Assembly: GCF_009914755.1 (NCBI RefSeq)
Contig: NC_060927.1
Length of the DNA: 64,000 nucleotides
DNA from: the human T2T-CHM13v2.0 reference genome, Homo sapiens
Direction: 5' to 3' (one strand)
Shown here: positions 15,476 to 27,337 of the stretch, piece after piece
How positions within the stretch are numbered: the first letter of the stretch is position 1
How the letters are laid out: each line of letters starts with the position of its first letter
Notes under the pieces: generated by a model
The model's database searches: none
What the model was told of the DNA's origin: nothing
The model's input: only the letters and a program-made list of their open reading frames with translations
Translations under genes and position numbers: made by a program

Positions 15476-16517
15476 AATAATTCTAGGAGAAGTACCTCCA
15501 GATACTCAGTTGTTTTCAGTCTTAGACCTCAAAGACACTTTCTTTCGTATCTCCCTAGACTCATCCTCCCAATTTTATTTGCATTTGAGTAGGAGAATAA
15601 GAAAGCAAGGCATCAACAGCTCACCTGGACAGTGCTTCCACAAGGTTTCACAGATAGTTCCCATTTGTTTGGGCAAGCCTTGGCTAGAGATTTGCAGGAC
15701 CTGACTCTTGAGGTGGGGCAGATGGCTCCTACAGCATATGGATGACCTGTTAATCTGCTCCCCCACAAGACAGCTGGGAATCCAACATCTAGTCCAGACA
15801 CTAAATTTACTGGCAGACAGAGGGCACAAGGTGTCCAAGGCCAAGACACAGCTACTAAGACAAGAGGTCCAATACTTGGAGATAATCATGACCCCTGGAG
15901 AACATAAGTTCTCCCCAGAATGGATACAGGCCATCTTTAAAATACTTCTCCCAGCCACCCAAAAGCAGCATCAGGCCTTTCTAGGGATCACAGGATATTG
16001 CAGAGTTTGGATACTGGGACATGGTGGGATTGTTCAGTACTTATATCAGGCTCTAAAAGAAAGGACTGATAGGCACCCACTTCTTTGGGTAAATGATCAG
16101 GAGCAAGACTTTATACAGCTAAAAACTGCCCTCTTACAAGCCCCAGACCTTGGGCTACTCACACTAACCAATCCATTTCAGCTTTTTGTCACTGAAAGGC
16201 AAGGTGTAGCCCTAGGAGTTCTAAGTCAAACCATCGAGCCAATCAAACATCCGGTAGGCTGTAGGAGCCATCTGCCCCACCTCAAGAGTCAGGTCCTGCA
16301 AATCTCTAGCCAAGGCTTGCCCAAACAAATGGGAACTATCTGTGAAACCTTGTGGAAGCACTGTCCAGGTGAGCTGTTGATGCCTTGCTTTCTTATTCTC
16401 CTACTCAAATGCAAATAAAATTGGGAGGATGAGTCTAGGGAGATACGAAAGAAAGTGTCTTTGAGGTCTAAGACTGAAAACAACTGAGTATCTGGAGGTA
16501 CTTCTCCTAGAATTATT
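15476..16517. repeat. Perfect 260-bp inverted repeat (arms 15476-15735 and 16258-16517; 522-bp spacer)
   Basis: A manual base-by-base reverse-complement comparison found no mismatch; identical peptides appear on opposite strands in the ORF track. Confidence 0.97.
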
Positions 16518-17901
16518 TTTAAAGAACCTAGACCCAGTAGTGCAAGTGTGGTCACACTTGTTGCAGTGGCCATCCTACTTGAGGAGGCCCTTAAAATCAC
16601 CATGGGACTGTCAGTCCGACTCCTGACATTCCAGCAAGTAGGCCCCTTATTGAACATAAAAGTGCCATAATGGCACACTGATAACAGACTGCTAAAGTAC
16701 CAAGTCTTGTTGTTAGAAAACCAACAGGTAACAGTTGAGTGGTATTCCACCCTTCACCCAGCCTCCTTACTGCCACTACGAGGAGACTATAACTCAACAC
16801 ATTCATGTTGTGAGATACTTAACCAAATTTATGCCAGCTGGGAAGACTCAAAGAATCAGCCCCTAGATAATCCGGACGAAATATGGTTTTCAGATTAAAG
16901 TAGTTTTGTCTGGAATGGAACTAGATATGCAGGGTACACTATAGTGTCCCTTCATCTAGTTCTGGAGGCTAAAGCTCTGTCCCCGGGGACCTCAGTGCAA
17001 GTAGCCAAACTCATTGCACTAACCAGAGCCCTAAAACTAGGGAAAGAAAAAGAATAACCATGTATACAGATTTTAAATACGCCTTTCTGGTGTCTCATGT
17101 CCATGTGGCTATCTGAAAGGAAAGGGGGGTACCTAACAGCTTGGGATACTCCTATTAAGTATGGGCCTCAAATCTTAGAGCTCCTAGAGGCTGTTCATTT
17201 GCCCTGGGAAGTGGCAGTAGTGCACTGTAGAGGACACCAGAAGGGTTCTGATGAAACTGCATGAGGAAAACGGTTAGCTGACCAAAAAGCTAAAGAGGCA
17301 GCCGTCTCAAAAAATACCTTCATGGAGGCCTCGCTCCCCTCTCCCACCAGTGAACTGCCCCCTTTCCAGTACACTAAGGAAGAAATAGATTGGGCCACCC
17401 AACGTGGGTATAAGGAAGAAATCAGTGGTTGGTACAGGTTGGGAGGGCTTCTCTATCTACCTAAAGCCTCCCAAAGAAAGTCATCAAGAGTTTCCACAAC
17501 TCCTGCCGCCTTGGAAAGGACAGACTAGGGCAAATTTGTAAATGGGCGTTTAGCAGGAAGGCACTAAATAAAACTATTCAACAGATTTGTCAAGCCTGCA
17601 CCTTGTGCACCATAAATAATCCTCTGAGAGAGAAGCCCCCTCCATTAATAAGTGCAATCCAAAGGAGAGGCACATACCCTGGGGAGGACTGGCAGATGGA
17701 CTTCACTCAGCTTCCCAAATGCTACAGGAGCTGAGTGAAACTCAACTCCAACCCATGGAGCCACCTGCCCTGACAGCTAACAAGAGGCCAAGAACCACAG
17801 AACAACCACCACTGCCCCTCTGTCAGCAGGAAGCAGTTACAGAAGACTGTTCTTCGTCCATTTTCCCAAAGAATTGGGTCTTGGACTCTTTAGGGGGGAA
17901 A

Positions 17902-18596
17902 TGTTAGAGTAGGTAGTTAGGCAGACATGAGCAGGGCACAAGGGGGCCCTCCTCCCCACCAGGAATGTCAGGCAACTCTCCGATGATGGTCAGGCAACTC
18001 TCCGATGATGGTCAGGCAGTTGTCAAACTGTCTCTCTAAAATAGTAATTAGTTGCAGCTGGCAACTAGACAGTCTCCCAATAGACAGAAAACACTTGAAG
18101 CTGGTGATCAGTGGCTTCCCAGTAAGATCTCAGGAATTGGGGAAAATGGGCTGAAGCATGCACACTAAGCAGCAAAATGGTGGAGTTTAACTGGTAGATG
18201 ACCTTCACCTAAGAACACTCAGTTGGTAAGGGAAAAACGCCTCAAGTGAGCATATGTACAACTTCCTAAACACACTGCGCATGCAGCCCCTCCCAAGTGC
18301 TGGCAGGCCAGTGTACTGAGGACAAGCTGTCCTGAAGGAAAAAATCAAAGAAGAGAGATGCAAAACCCCAGAAGCATGCCAACGTATAAAACCCCAAGTC
18401 AAGGGCCAGATGGGGCACTTGGATCTCTCAGGTCACCCACTTGGCCCTCTTCCAAGTGTATTTTACTTCCTTTCACTCCTGCTCTAAAACTTGCCTCTGT
18501 TTCTCCCTCTGCCTTATGCCCCTCAGTTGAATTCTTTCCTTTGAGGAGGTCAGAATCGAGTTGCTGCAGACCCATGCAGATTCGGCATTACTAACA
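17902..18596 (+). mobile_element. 3' LTR (MER50-like)
   Basis: tgttagagtaggtag...ctaaca; TATA-like gtataaaa near 18385; internal 22-bp tandem duplication 17967-18010. Confidence 0.85.
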
Positions 18597-19181
18597 AGTC
18601 AACATTAGCATACAAAAAACATAGCACTTGGAAGATTCCAAGAATTTTAGGAGTTGTATGCCAGGAAATGGGGATGAAGACCAAATATCTATTGCATAAT
18701 ATCACAGTCACTCTCTCCATGAGTCAAGTAGTTCCCTGAGATAGTAAAGAGTGTTTCATCAACAATATTAGACCCTGTGGTCAAATAAGTTTTGAAAACA
18801 GGATTGGATGAAGACAAAAAACAAAGTCCATACCACAGGACTCTGGGGAACCTCCAAATGTTTAAAAATGAGCCCCTGGTTGCAGTTGCTTCCAGGAGTC
18901 CAGGAAGCAATTGCAGCTGGAGATTTGCCATTTCATACTTGTGAGCAGTTTATCTTGTAAGGGATGGGGACTTCAATTCACCTTTGGGCAAAATGTTTCT
19001 TTATTTTGGGAAAAAACACTGAAATGGGCCTCTTTGTGCCCATTCTCTGTTTTATACTTAAAAACAAAAACAGAGTTTGGTAATAGAAACTGTTTGGTAA
19101 TAGAAAAGTTGTATTTGGTTAAATCACAGCTATTTATTCATCAATAAATATTTATGGAGCACTCCAGGTATTATTCTGGAT

Positions 19182-19392
19182 CAGGGGTTGACAAAATTTA
19201 TATGTAAAGAGCCAGAAGTAAATATTTTAAACTTTGTGGCTCATATGGTCTCAGTTGCAACTGCTTAAGTCTGTCATTATGGTGCAAAAGCAGCCATAGA
19301 CAATACATAGGTGAATGGACATGGCTGTGTTTCAACATAACTTTATTTAAAAAAAACAGCAGCAGGTCAGATATGGCCATTTGCTGACTCCT
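19182..19392. mobile_element. MER58A-like DNA transposon
   Basis: caggggttgacaaa...tttgctgactcctg terminal inverted repeats and internal consensus. Confidence 0.75.
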
Positions 19393-19620
19393 GGCTTAGA
19401 TGCCTGGGCTTCAGCAGTGGACTGAATGGACAAAAATCTCTGTTCTCATGGAACTTATATTCTAGAGGAGGGAGACAATAAGCATGATAAAGAGAATTTA
19501 AATGTTAAGTTAGAAGGTGACAGATACTATGGGGGAAAAAGAAACCATGGAAAAGGAATTGCAAGGCTGGGATCGGGGGTTGGGTGGGAAGAAAAAGTCT
19601 CTCTTAGAATGTGACATTTT

Positions 19621-19777
19621 GGCTGGGCATGGTGGCTCACACCTGTAATCCTAGCACTTTGGTAGGCCTAGGTGGGAGGATCATTTGAGTTCAGGAGTTC
19701 AAGACCAGCCTAGGAAACATAGCAAGACCCTGTCTCTATTTTTTTTTAATGTTCAAAAACTAAAAAAACAAAAAAGA
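19621..19777 (+). mobile_element. Alu left monomer (FLAM-like)
   Basis: Single Alu monomer with a degenerate tail. Confidence 0.8.
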
Positions 19778-19809
19778 GAAGGTGACATTTTAGCAAACTT
19801 GAAGGAGAT

Positions 19810-20375
19810 GAGTATGGCAATTTTAAAACATGTTCATAAGCATGTCTTTGACATTACTCTCACCCAGAGGTAGTGGTGGTGGGTGGGAGGATTCTATGTC
19901 TTCTCCCCTTGAATCTTGGCTGACCTTTGTGAATTGCTTGTAACCTAAAGAACGCAGCAAGTGATGCTATGGAACTTCTGAGGCTAGGTGGGAATAGACA
20001 GTGCAGTCTCCATCTGGTTGCCTTGGGATTGTTCTCTGTGGGAGCCAGATGCTATGTAAGAAATCTGATTCACTGAGAACTCCCTGCTGGAGAGTCCACA
20101 TCTATAGCCCAGTGGAGCTTCTAGCTGACACCAGTGTCACCTGCCAGCCGTGTGATTGCACCATCTTGGACGTCCTACCCAGTCAAGCCATGAAATGATG
20201 GCAGCTTCAGCCGACATCTGACTGCAACCGTGTAAGTGATCCTAGGTGGGAACTGCCCTGCTGAGCCCTTCCTGTATTCCTGACCCACAAAATCCGTGAG
20301 CAATAAACAAATAAAATGATAGCTTTAAGCTGCTAAGTTTCAGGATAATTTGTTAGGCAGAAATGGTATCTGAAA
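19810..20375 (+). mobile_element. Old MaLR LTR (MLT1F/H-like)
   Basis: ttcctgacccacaaaatccgtgagc...tttaagctgctaagtttcaggataatttgtt MLT1 3' signature. Confidence 0.6.
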
Positions 20376-20658
20376 TAGAAATCTGCTAAAAGTGGACTGG
20401 GAAAAGTGAACTGTGTCAGATTGTATTTTCCAAAGACGGTCACAACACGATTTCCCATCCCTTGTGTTTTTCCACAATGTGACCTTGCCACTCTCCCATC
20501 AAGAGGCGGAGTCTAATTCCCCTCAACTTGATCCTGAGTCGCTGGCGACTGCTTCCACCAATACAGAATGCAGAAGCAACACTGTGTTTTCCAAGGCTGA
20601 GTCACGAAAAATGATGTAGTTGGAGTTTTGAACTTTCACGTAAGAAGTCTGACTACCC

Positions 20659-20965
20659 GCCGGGCGTGGTGGCTCACACATGTAATCCCGGCACTTTGGG
20701 AGGCTGAGGGGGGCGGATCACAAGGTCAAGAGATCGAGACCATCCTGGCTAACACGGTGAAACCCTGTCTCTACTAAAAATACAAAAAAAAAAAAAAAAT
20801 TAGCCGGGTGTGATGGCAAGCGCCTGTAGTCCCAGCTACGCAGGAGTCTGAGGGAGGAGAATGGCGAATGGCGTGAACCCGGGAGGCGGAGCTTGCAGTG
20901 AGCTGAGATCATGCCACTGCACTCCAGCCTGGGTGACAGAGTGAGACTCCGTCTAAAAAAAAAAA
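20659..20965 (+). mobile_element. AluY inside an MLT1 fragment (~20413-21010)
   Basis: AluY diagnostics (gatcgagaccatcctggctaacacgg, gaatggcgtgaacc); TSD agaa(g/a)tctgactaccc. Confidence 0.95.
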
Positions 20966-21502
20966 GAAATCTGACTACCCTGAGACAGTCATGCCATGAG
21001 GAAGGCCACATGGTGAGATGGATATGGAGTGAGCCTTGGGGATAACTGGAGAAATAATTTTAGGCAAAAAGAACAACCAGCACAAAGGCTCTGAGTCAAG
21101 ACCTGGGCCTCGTGTGTTTGAGGAGCCACAAGGAGGCCAGTGTGGCCGGAGGAGAATAGACTGTAGGGGCAAGGGAAGAAGCAGGGAGCCACTTATGAGA
21201 GTGCAGGTGAGTCAGTGCGGTTGGTCACAGAAGAGATAGGGGTGAGAAGTGGTTGGATTAAAAGGTAGAGCTGAGAAGATTCAGTCATGAACTGGTCATA
21301 AACACTGAGAGAAAGAAAGGAACCAAAGATGATTCCTAGCTTTTTGGCCAATGGAAGAATTGAATTAGCAAAAGCAGAAATGGTGAAGACTGTAGAAGCA
21401 GATGTAGGGTTGTATGTAGGGGGCAGGTCAAGAGCTGGGTTTTAGACATAGATTTCAGATGCTGATTAGACATCCAAGTGGAGGTGTCCGGCAGGCAGAA
21501 GC

Positions 21503-22014
21503 TATCACCAGAAAAGGGGTCTTGTCCCAGACCCCAAGAGTGGGCTCTTGGATCTTGCACAGGAAAGAATTCAGGGCGAGTCACAGAATATATTGAAGTT
21601 AAGTTTATTAGAGGCTACTCAATTACAAAGTAGGGCGTCCTCAGAAAGCAAGAGGAGGAATGCACTACCTTAAACGTAGTGCTGGCTTATCTAAGTTATT
21701 AAGAATAGTGTACTCTATCACAAAGGCCTGTGATCAGCTTGTAACAGTCTATTAGTATTGTTACTTTCCTGTTACTATTATCTTTAAAGCAAAACCTGTT
21801 CTTAAACTAAAAATCCTTTTTCTTCTTAAAGTACTGGGACGTTTCCATAAGTTCTGGGTCTTTATTTAGTTAGTTAACACTATTAACTCATTCCCTCAAC
21901 CATAAACATCTTGTGACCAAGAGTGCCCAGCTCCCTGGGAATGTAACTCAGCAGGTTTGGCTTTATCCCAGCTTTATTAAAGATGGAATCACTCTGGTTA
22001 GGACACCTCTGACC
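21503..22014 (-). mobile_element. MER41-family solo LTR within an L2 remnant
   Basis: The minus strand begins gtcagaggtgt..aaccagagtgattccatct and ends ctcttggggtctgggacaagacccctttt, like the MER41 consensus. Confidence 0.7.
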
Positions 22015-22149
22015 AAGATGCATGAGCCCACATGCAGGGGAGAGGTTTGAGCTGTGGCAGATATAAATGTGGGTGTCATCAACATACGATTGGTTTAAAG
22101 CAATGACTTTCAGTTTGATCTCAGATCCCTTTAAAAAATTGTTTTTATT

Positions 22150-22446
22150 GGCTGGGTGCGGTGGCTCACACCTATAATCCCAGCACTTTGGGAGGCCAAG
22201 GCGGGCAGATCATGAGGTCAGGAGATTGAGACCATCCTGGCTAACATGGTGAAACCCCGTCTATACTAAAAATGCAAAACAAATTAGCTGGGAATGGTGG
22301 CGGGCGCCTGTAGTCCCAGCTACTCGGGAGGCTGAGGCAGGAGAATGGCGTGAACCCGGGAGGCGGACTTGCAGTGAGCCGAGATCGCACCACTGCACTC
22401 CAGCCTGGGTGACAGAGTGAGATTCCGTCTCAAAAAAAAAAAAAAA
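22150..22446 (+). mobile_element. AluY
   Basis: Full Alu; TSD aaaaaattgtttttatt. Confidence 0.95.
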
Positions 22447-22717
22447 TTGTTTTTATTATAGTAAAAACATGTAACATTGAATTTATTATCTAACAAAATA
22501 AATTTATTATCGTAATCATTTTAAGTGTACAGTTCAGTAATGTTGAGTATATTCACATTATTGTGCAACAGATCTCTAGAACTTTTTCATCTCACAACAC
22601 TGAAACTCAATACTCATTAGACACTAGCTCCTCCACCCCCAAGTCCTTGGTAACCACCTTACTACTTTCTGTTTCTATGCTTTTGACTACTTTATCATGA
22701 AGGAAATGAAAATAATT

Positions 22718-23394
<677 letters not shown>

Positions 23395-24256
23395 TCATTG
23401 CAGTGTCCTGGCAGAGGGACAGTGGAGAGGTGACTTCCTGAGAAGACTGGGTGGAAAAGCTCAGCAGCCATGGTCCTCAGCTCACATTGACAGCATCTCT
23501 GTGAGAGGCTGAGTCAAGCGGAGTAGCAGGTGGGGCTTGGCATCACCACTCTCTGGTCACCCCTCCTCATGAAGTAGCCTCAGGCAGCGCTGGGAGTCTC
23601 CACAATGGAGAAAAGGGAGATGATGGTATTTCTACAACTGAATCACCCCAGGAACCCCTGGTCATGAACCATGTTAAGGATTAGTGTTCCAGGAAACACG
23701 CTGGCACATGCAGATGAAAACCAGAGGAGACAGAAGGGACCAGTGTCAGTATGTTGGTTCACTGGCTCTCATTGGGGTCATCAGAATCACTTCTGATGAA
23801 GGTACTTAAATATATAGTTGCCTGGGCCCATCCAGGCTTAACAAAAAATACATGTCCTGGAGCCTTACCCTCTGCAGCATTCTGATTTAGTAGGTCTAGA
23901 CAGGGTCAGGGCATCTGTAGTTTTAAGTACCTTTCCAGGTGATACTGTCATGTACTCCTGGTAAAAACCCTCTGATCTAATTCCTTGTATTGCAGATGAA
24001 CAAACTAAGGTCTAGAAATGTCAATAGGGTTATGAAAGGAGGCACAGTGCTAGTTGAAAGCTTAGGTTTGAGTCCTGACTATGTGACTTTGGATAATTTG
24101 TTTAATCCCTCCATGCTTTACCATCCTCATCTAGAAGAAGGGGCAGTAACAGCAATTCCAAATAGTTTTGGGAGCATTAAATGAGCTAAGGCAATCCAAG
24201 CCCTCTACCATGGTGCCTGATATAAAGTTTCTGCTGAATAATTGCTGGCTACATTG

Positions 24257-24378
24257 TCATATCATCATCAGCAGCAGCACCGTCATCATTATCGCCATCA
24301 CCACCACTGTCATCATTATTGTCACTATCACCACCACCCCCACCACCACCACTATCATCATCATTTTCATCATCGCTA
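24257..24378. repeat. Degenerate (CAT/CAC)n trinucleotide low-complexity repeat after a MIR
   Basis: catcatc/caccacc arrays. Confidence 0.85.
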
Positions 24379-24564
24379 TTTCAGAAAGTGCCCCCCAGCC
24401 AGCTAGTGGCAGAGCTGGGACGATTTTGGTTTTCAGACTCCAAATTCAGTGACCTTTCCACTACTGAAGCCTCCAAATTCTCAACACAAACTTAAGTATT
24501 TCCTTGGCCAAGACAGTGTAACAAAGTCTTTTTTTTTCTGAGTGGAAAAATAAATTGCTCTTAA

Positions 24565-24880
24565 TTTCTTTTTTCTTTCCTTTTTTTTGGTGGGGGGAGG
24601 GGGATGGAGTCTTGCTCTGTCACCCGGGCTGGAGTGCAGTGGTGTGACTTAGTTCACTGCAACCTCTGCTTCCCAGGTTCAAGTGATTCTCCTGCCTCAG
24701 CCTCCCGAGTAACTGGGATTACAGGTGCCCGCCACCACGCCCAGCTCATTTTTGTATTTTTAGTAGAGATGGGGTTTCACCATGTTGGCCTGGCTGGTCT
24801 TGAACTCTTGACCCGTGATCCACCTGCCTCAGCTTCCCAAAGTGCTGGGATTACAGGTGTGAGCCACCGCACCCGGCCCA
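24565..24880 (-). mobile_element. AluS, antisense
   Basis: Alu consensus; tail interrupted by a G-run. Confidence 0.93.
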
Positions 24881-26281
24881 AGTTCTTTTATTTTCAAACT
24901 GGCTCTTGACACTCAGAATAAAGGAAATCAACTCCATCTAAGACATGAGAAGAAATTGAAAAACCTCTTTGGAAAAACTCAGCTTTGCTACCAAGAAATA
25001 ACCTTTAAGTAAATGGCTGGTAGGAAGGAAATTCTCAATAGTACTATTGTAGAAAATTGAGCCCGCCATTTTCCAAGTGCTTCACTGTCTCTTGAGTAGT
25101 TCTGTTGATGTGGGCAGGGAGCAGTACTGCTGATGGGAGCAATTTGGGGTGGGGTTTGATCGTATCACTTGTCAAAGGCTTATCCTAAAATGTTTTTGGT
25201 GTGCCCAGTGGTGTCACACCTCTGACCTCCTATCTTAGTGGCTTAGACTGTAAGCCACTGGCTTTCTCTACTGGCAGAGCAGTAGAAAACCTCAGTAACC
25301 TTTTTCACACTTGTGGTGGCCATTAGCTGATCCTGTGGCTGAACTCTCCCTGCTTGGGGGGATTCCTCACCACGAGTCTTGGTGGGAGGCAGAGCCCACT
25401 TCTGTAGGAGATAAGGAAGCCTGGGCGCTCTTTCCCAGCTCCCTTGAGGCCAGAGTGTGGGTGTGTGGCCTTGGCTCACTCTGTGAGCCTCGTGTACCTG
25501 TTTTTTGTAATGCAGGTGGGAGAAGTCTTTCTAGAGTCACTGTAACCTCTGGCTCCTGCGGTTGTTGTGCCAGAGACCACCTCCCTTTGTTCTAGCTGTT
25601 TCTCCTGCCTTCCCACCAGTTTTGTGAGCTACCCAGCAGCTTTTCTCTTTCTTTGAGTATAACCTCTTCTATATGTCATTTCTCTCCAATTTTAATGTAT
25701 AATTACACACATTTTTCTTTTTTTAATTTTTTGCCGAATCATTTGTGATGTAGTTGCAGACATCATGACACTGTACCCTGCCGCATCTCTGATGCAATTA
25801 CAATGAAATCACATGCAGTATCTTTTCCACACATTTTCTTCTGCCGTGGCAACTAGAGGCAATTTCTGTTGCTTATGGTTAAGAGTCCTGATGGGCATAT
25901 CATTTGGGAAATTGGCAAGATGTGATGGAAAGAGTAGGTGTTTGGGTACAATACAGACCTGAGTTTGGCTTTAACTTAAGAAAGTCATTTATCTCTCCAA
26001 GCCCCCCTTTTCTCATCTGGGTAGTGACAATGCCTACCTTGTAAAATTGTGAGAATGTGGCATAATGTGTGCAAGGGATATAGCACAGTTTCTAGCACCC
26101 AGTAGTTGCTCAATAAATATTCATTGAGTGAATGATTGAATAAATAAAGACACTAGATCAGTGATTGTCAAACATGGCTGTACATTAGAACCACCAGGAG
26201 ACTTTAAAAACATCCTGAGGCCAGGTTGCACCCTAGAACAATTGCATCAGAACCTTTGGGGTAGAAACTCAGACATTAGTG

Positions 26282-26563
26282 TTTTTTTTGTTTGCTTGTT
26301 TTTGTTTTTTGAGACAGAGTCTTGCTCTGTTGCCAGGCTGTAGTGCAGTGGCGCAATCTCAGCTCATTGCAACCTCCGCCTCAGCCTCCCGAGTAGCTGG
26401 GACTACAGGCGTGCACCACCACGCCCAATTAATTTTTGTATTTTTAGTAGAGACGGGGTTTCACCATGTTGACCAGGATGGTCTCGATCTCTTGACTTCA
26501 TGATCTACCTGCCTCGGCCTCCCAAAGTGCTGGGATTACAGGCATGAGCCACTGCGCCCGGCC
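26282..26563 (-). mobile_element. Alu with an internal deletion, inserted in a MER5A-like element (~26158-26610)
   Basis: TSD acattagt(g/a)tttt; lacks the cccgggttcaagcgattctcctg segment. Confidence 0.9.
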
Positions 26564-26872
26564 AACATTAGTATTTTTTAAGCTCCGCGTGTGATCTGAC
26601 ATGTAGCCTTGGATGTTGGAGTGTGACCTATTCTGGTCCCTTGTATCCTCCTTAGTCAAACTGGAGAAAACAGAAACCTCGTAAGGTAGCTGTGAGACGT
26701 GAAAATGTATGGACCTAATACATAGTAGGTCTCAGTAAACACTAGCTTCCAATCTCCTCTGCATGTCTTCAGTTAGGTGTAGCCTTCTGTGTAGGTGCAG
26801 GAGACACTGGAACATCATGGAAGGTTTGGAGGTGCACTGGGATTCCGCTCCCACACACTGAAATTTGTGTCC

Positions 26873-27337
26873 TGTATTAATTTGCTCCGGCTGCCATTAA
26901 CCAAGTTCCATGACTGGGTGGCTCGAACGAGAGAAATATACTGTCTCACAGTTCTGGAGACTGGAAGTCTGAGATCTAGGTGTCAGGTTCATTCCTTCTG
27001 GGGCTGTAAGGGAGAATCTGCTCCATGCCTTTCTCCTTGCTTCTGGTCGCTTGCTGGCAGTCTTTGGTGTTTTTTGGCTTGTGGCAGCATAACTCTAGTC
27101 TTCACATGACATTCTCCTGTGTCTGTGCCCAAATTTACCCTTTTTGCAAGGACACCAGCCATATTGAATTATAAACTCACCTTACCTCAGCATAATCTCA
27201 TTTTATATGATCTGCAATAATCCTATTTCCAAATAAGGTCATATTCAGGGAGACTGTGGGTTATTCAGGGAGACTGTGGGTTAGGAGTTGAACATATGAA
27301 TCTGGGGGCAGAGGATGACACAATTCAACCTGTAACC
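26873..27337 (-). mobile_element. MaLR solo LTR (MLT1C-like)
   Basis: tgtatta...ctcacagttctggag...tttccaaataaggtcatattc...caattcaacc; 20-bp tandem duplication near 27242-27281. Confidence 0.8.

Noticed and set aside
15708-16418. 236-aa RT-like ORF
   Set aside because: Fragment of decayed ERV pol (HMDD, N-terminal RT motifs out of frame) fused to antisense sequence from the inverted insert; not a functional RT.
21503-22014. MER41 as an interferon-gamma/STAT1 enhancer
   Set aside because: I found no intact TTCNNNGAA GAS site (ttcccaggg at the expected position), and the subfamily does not look like MER41B.
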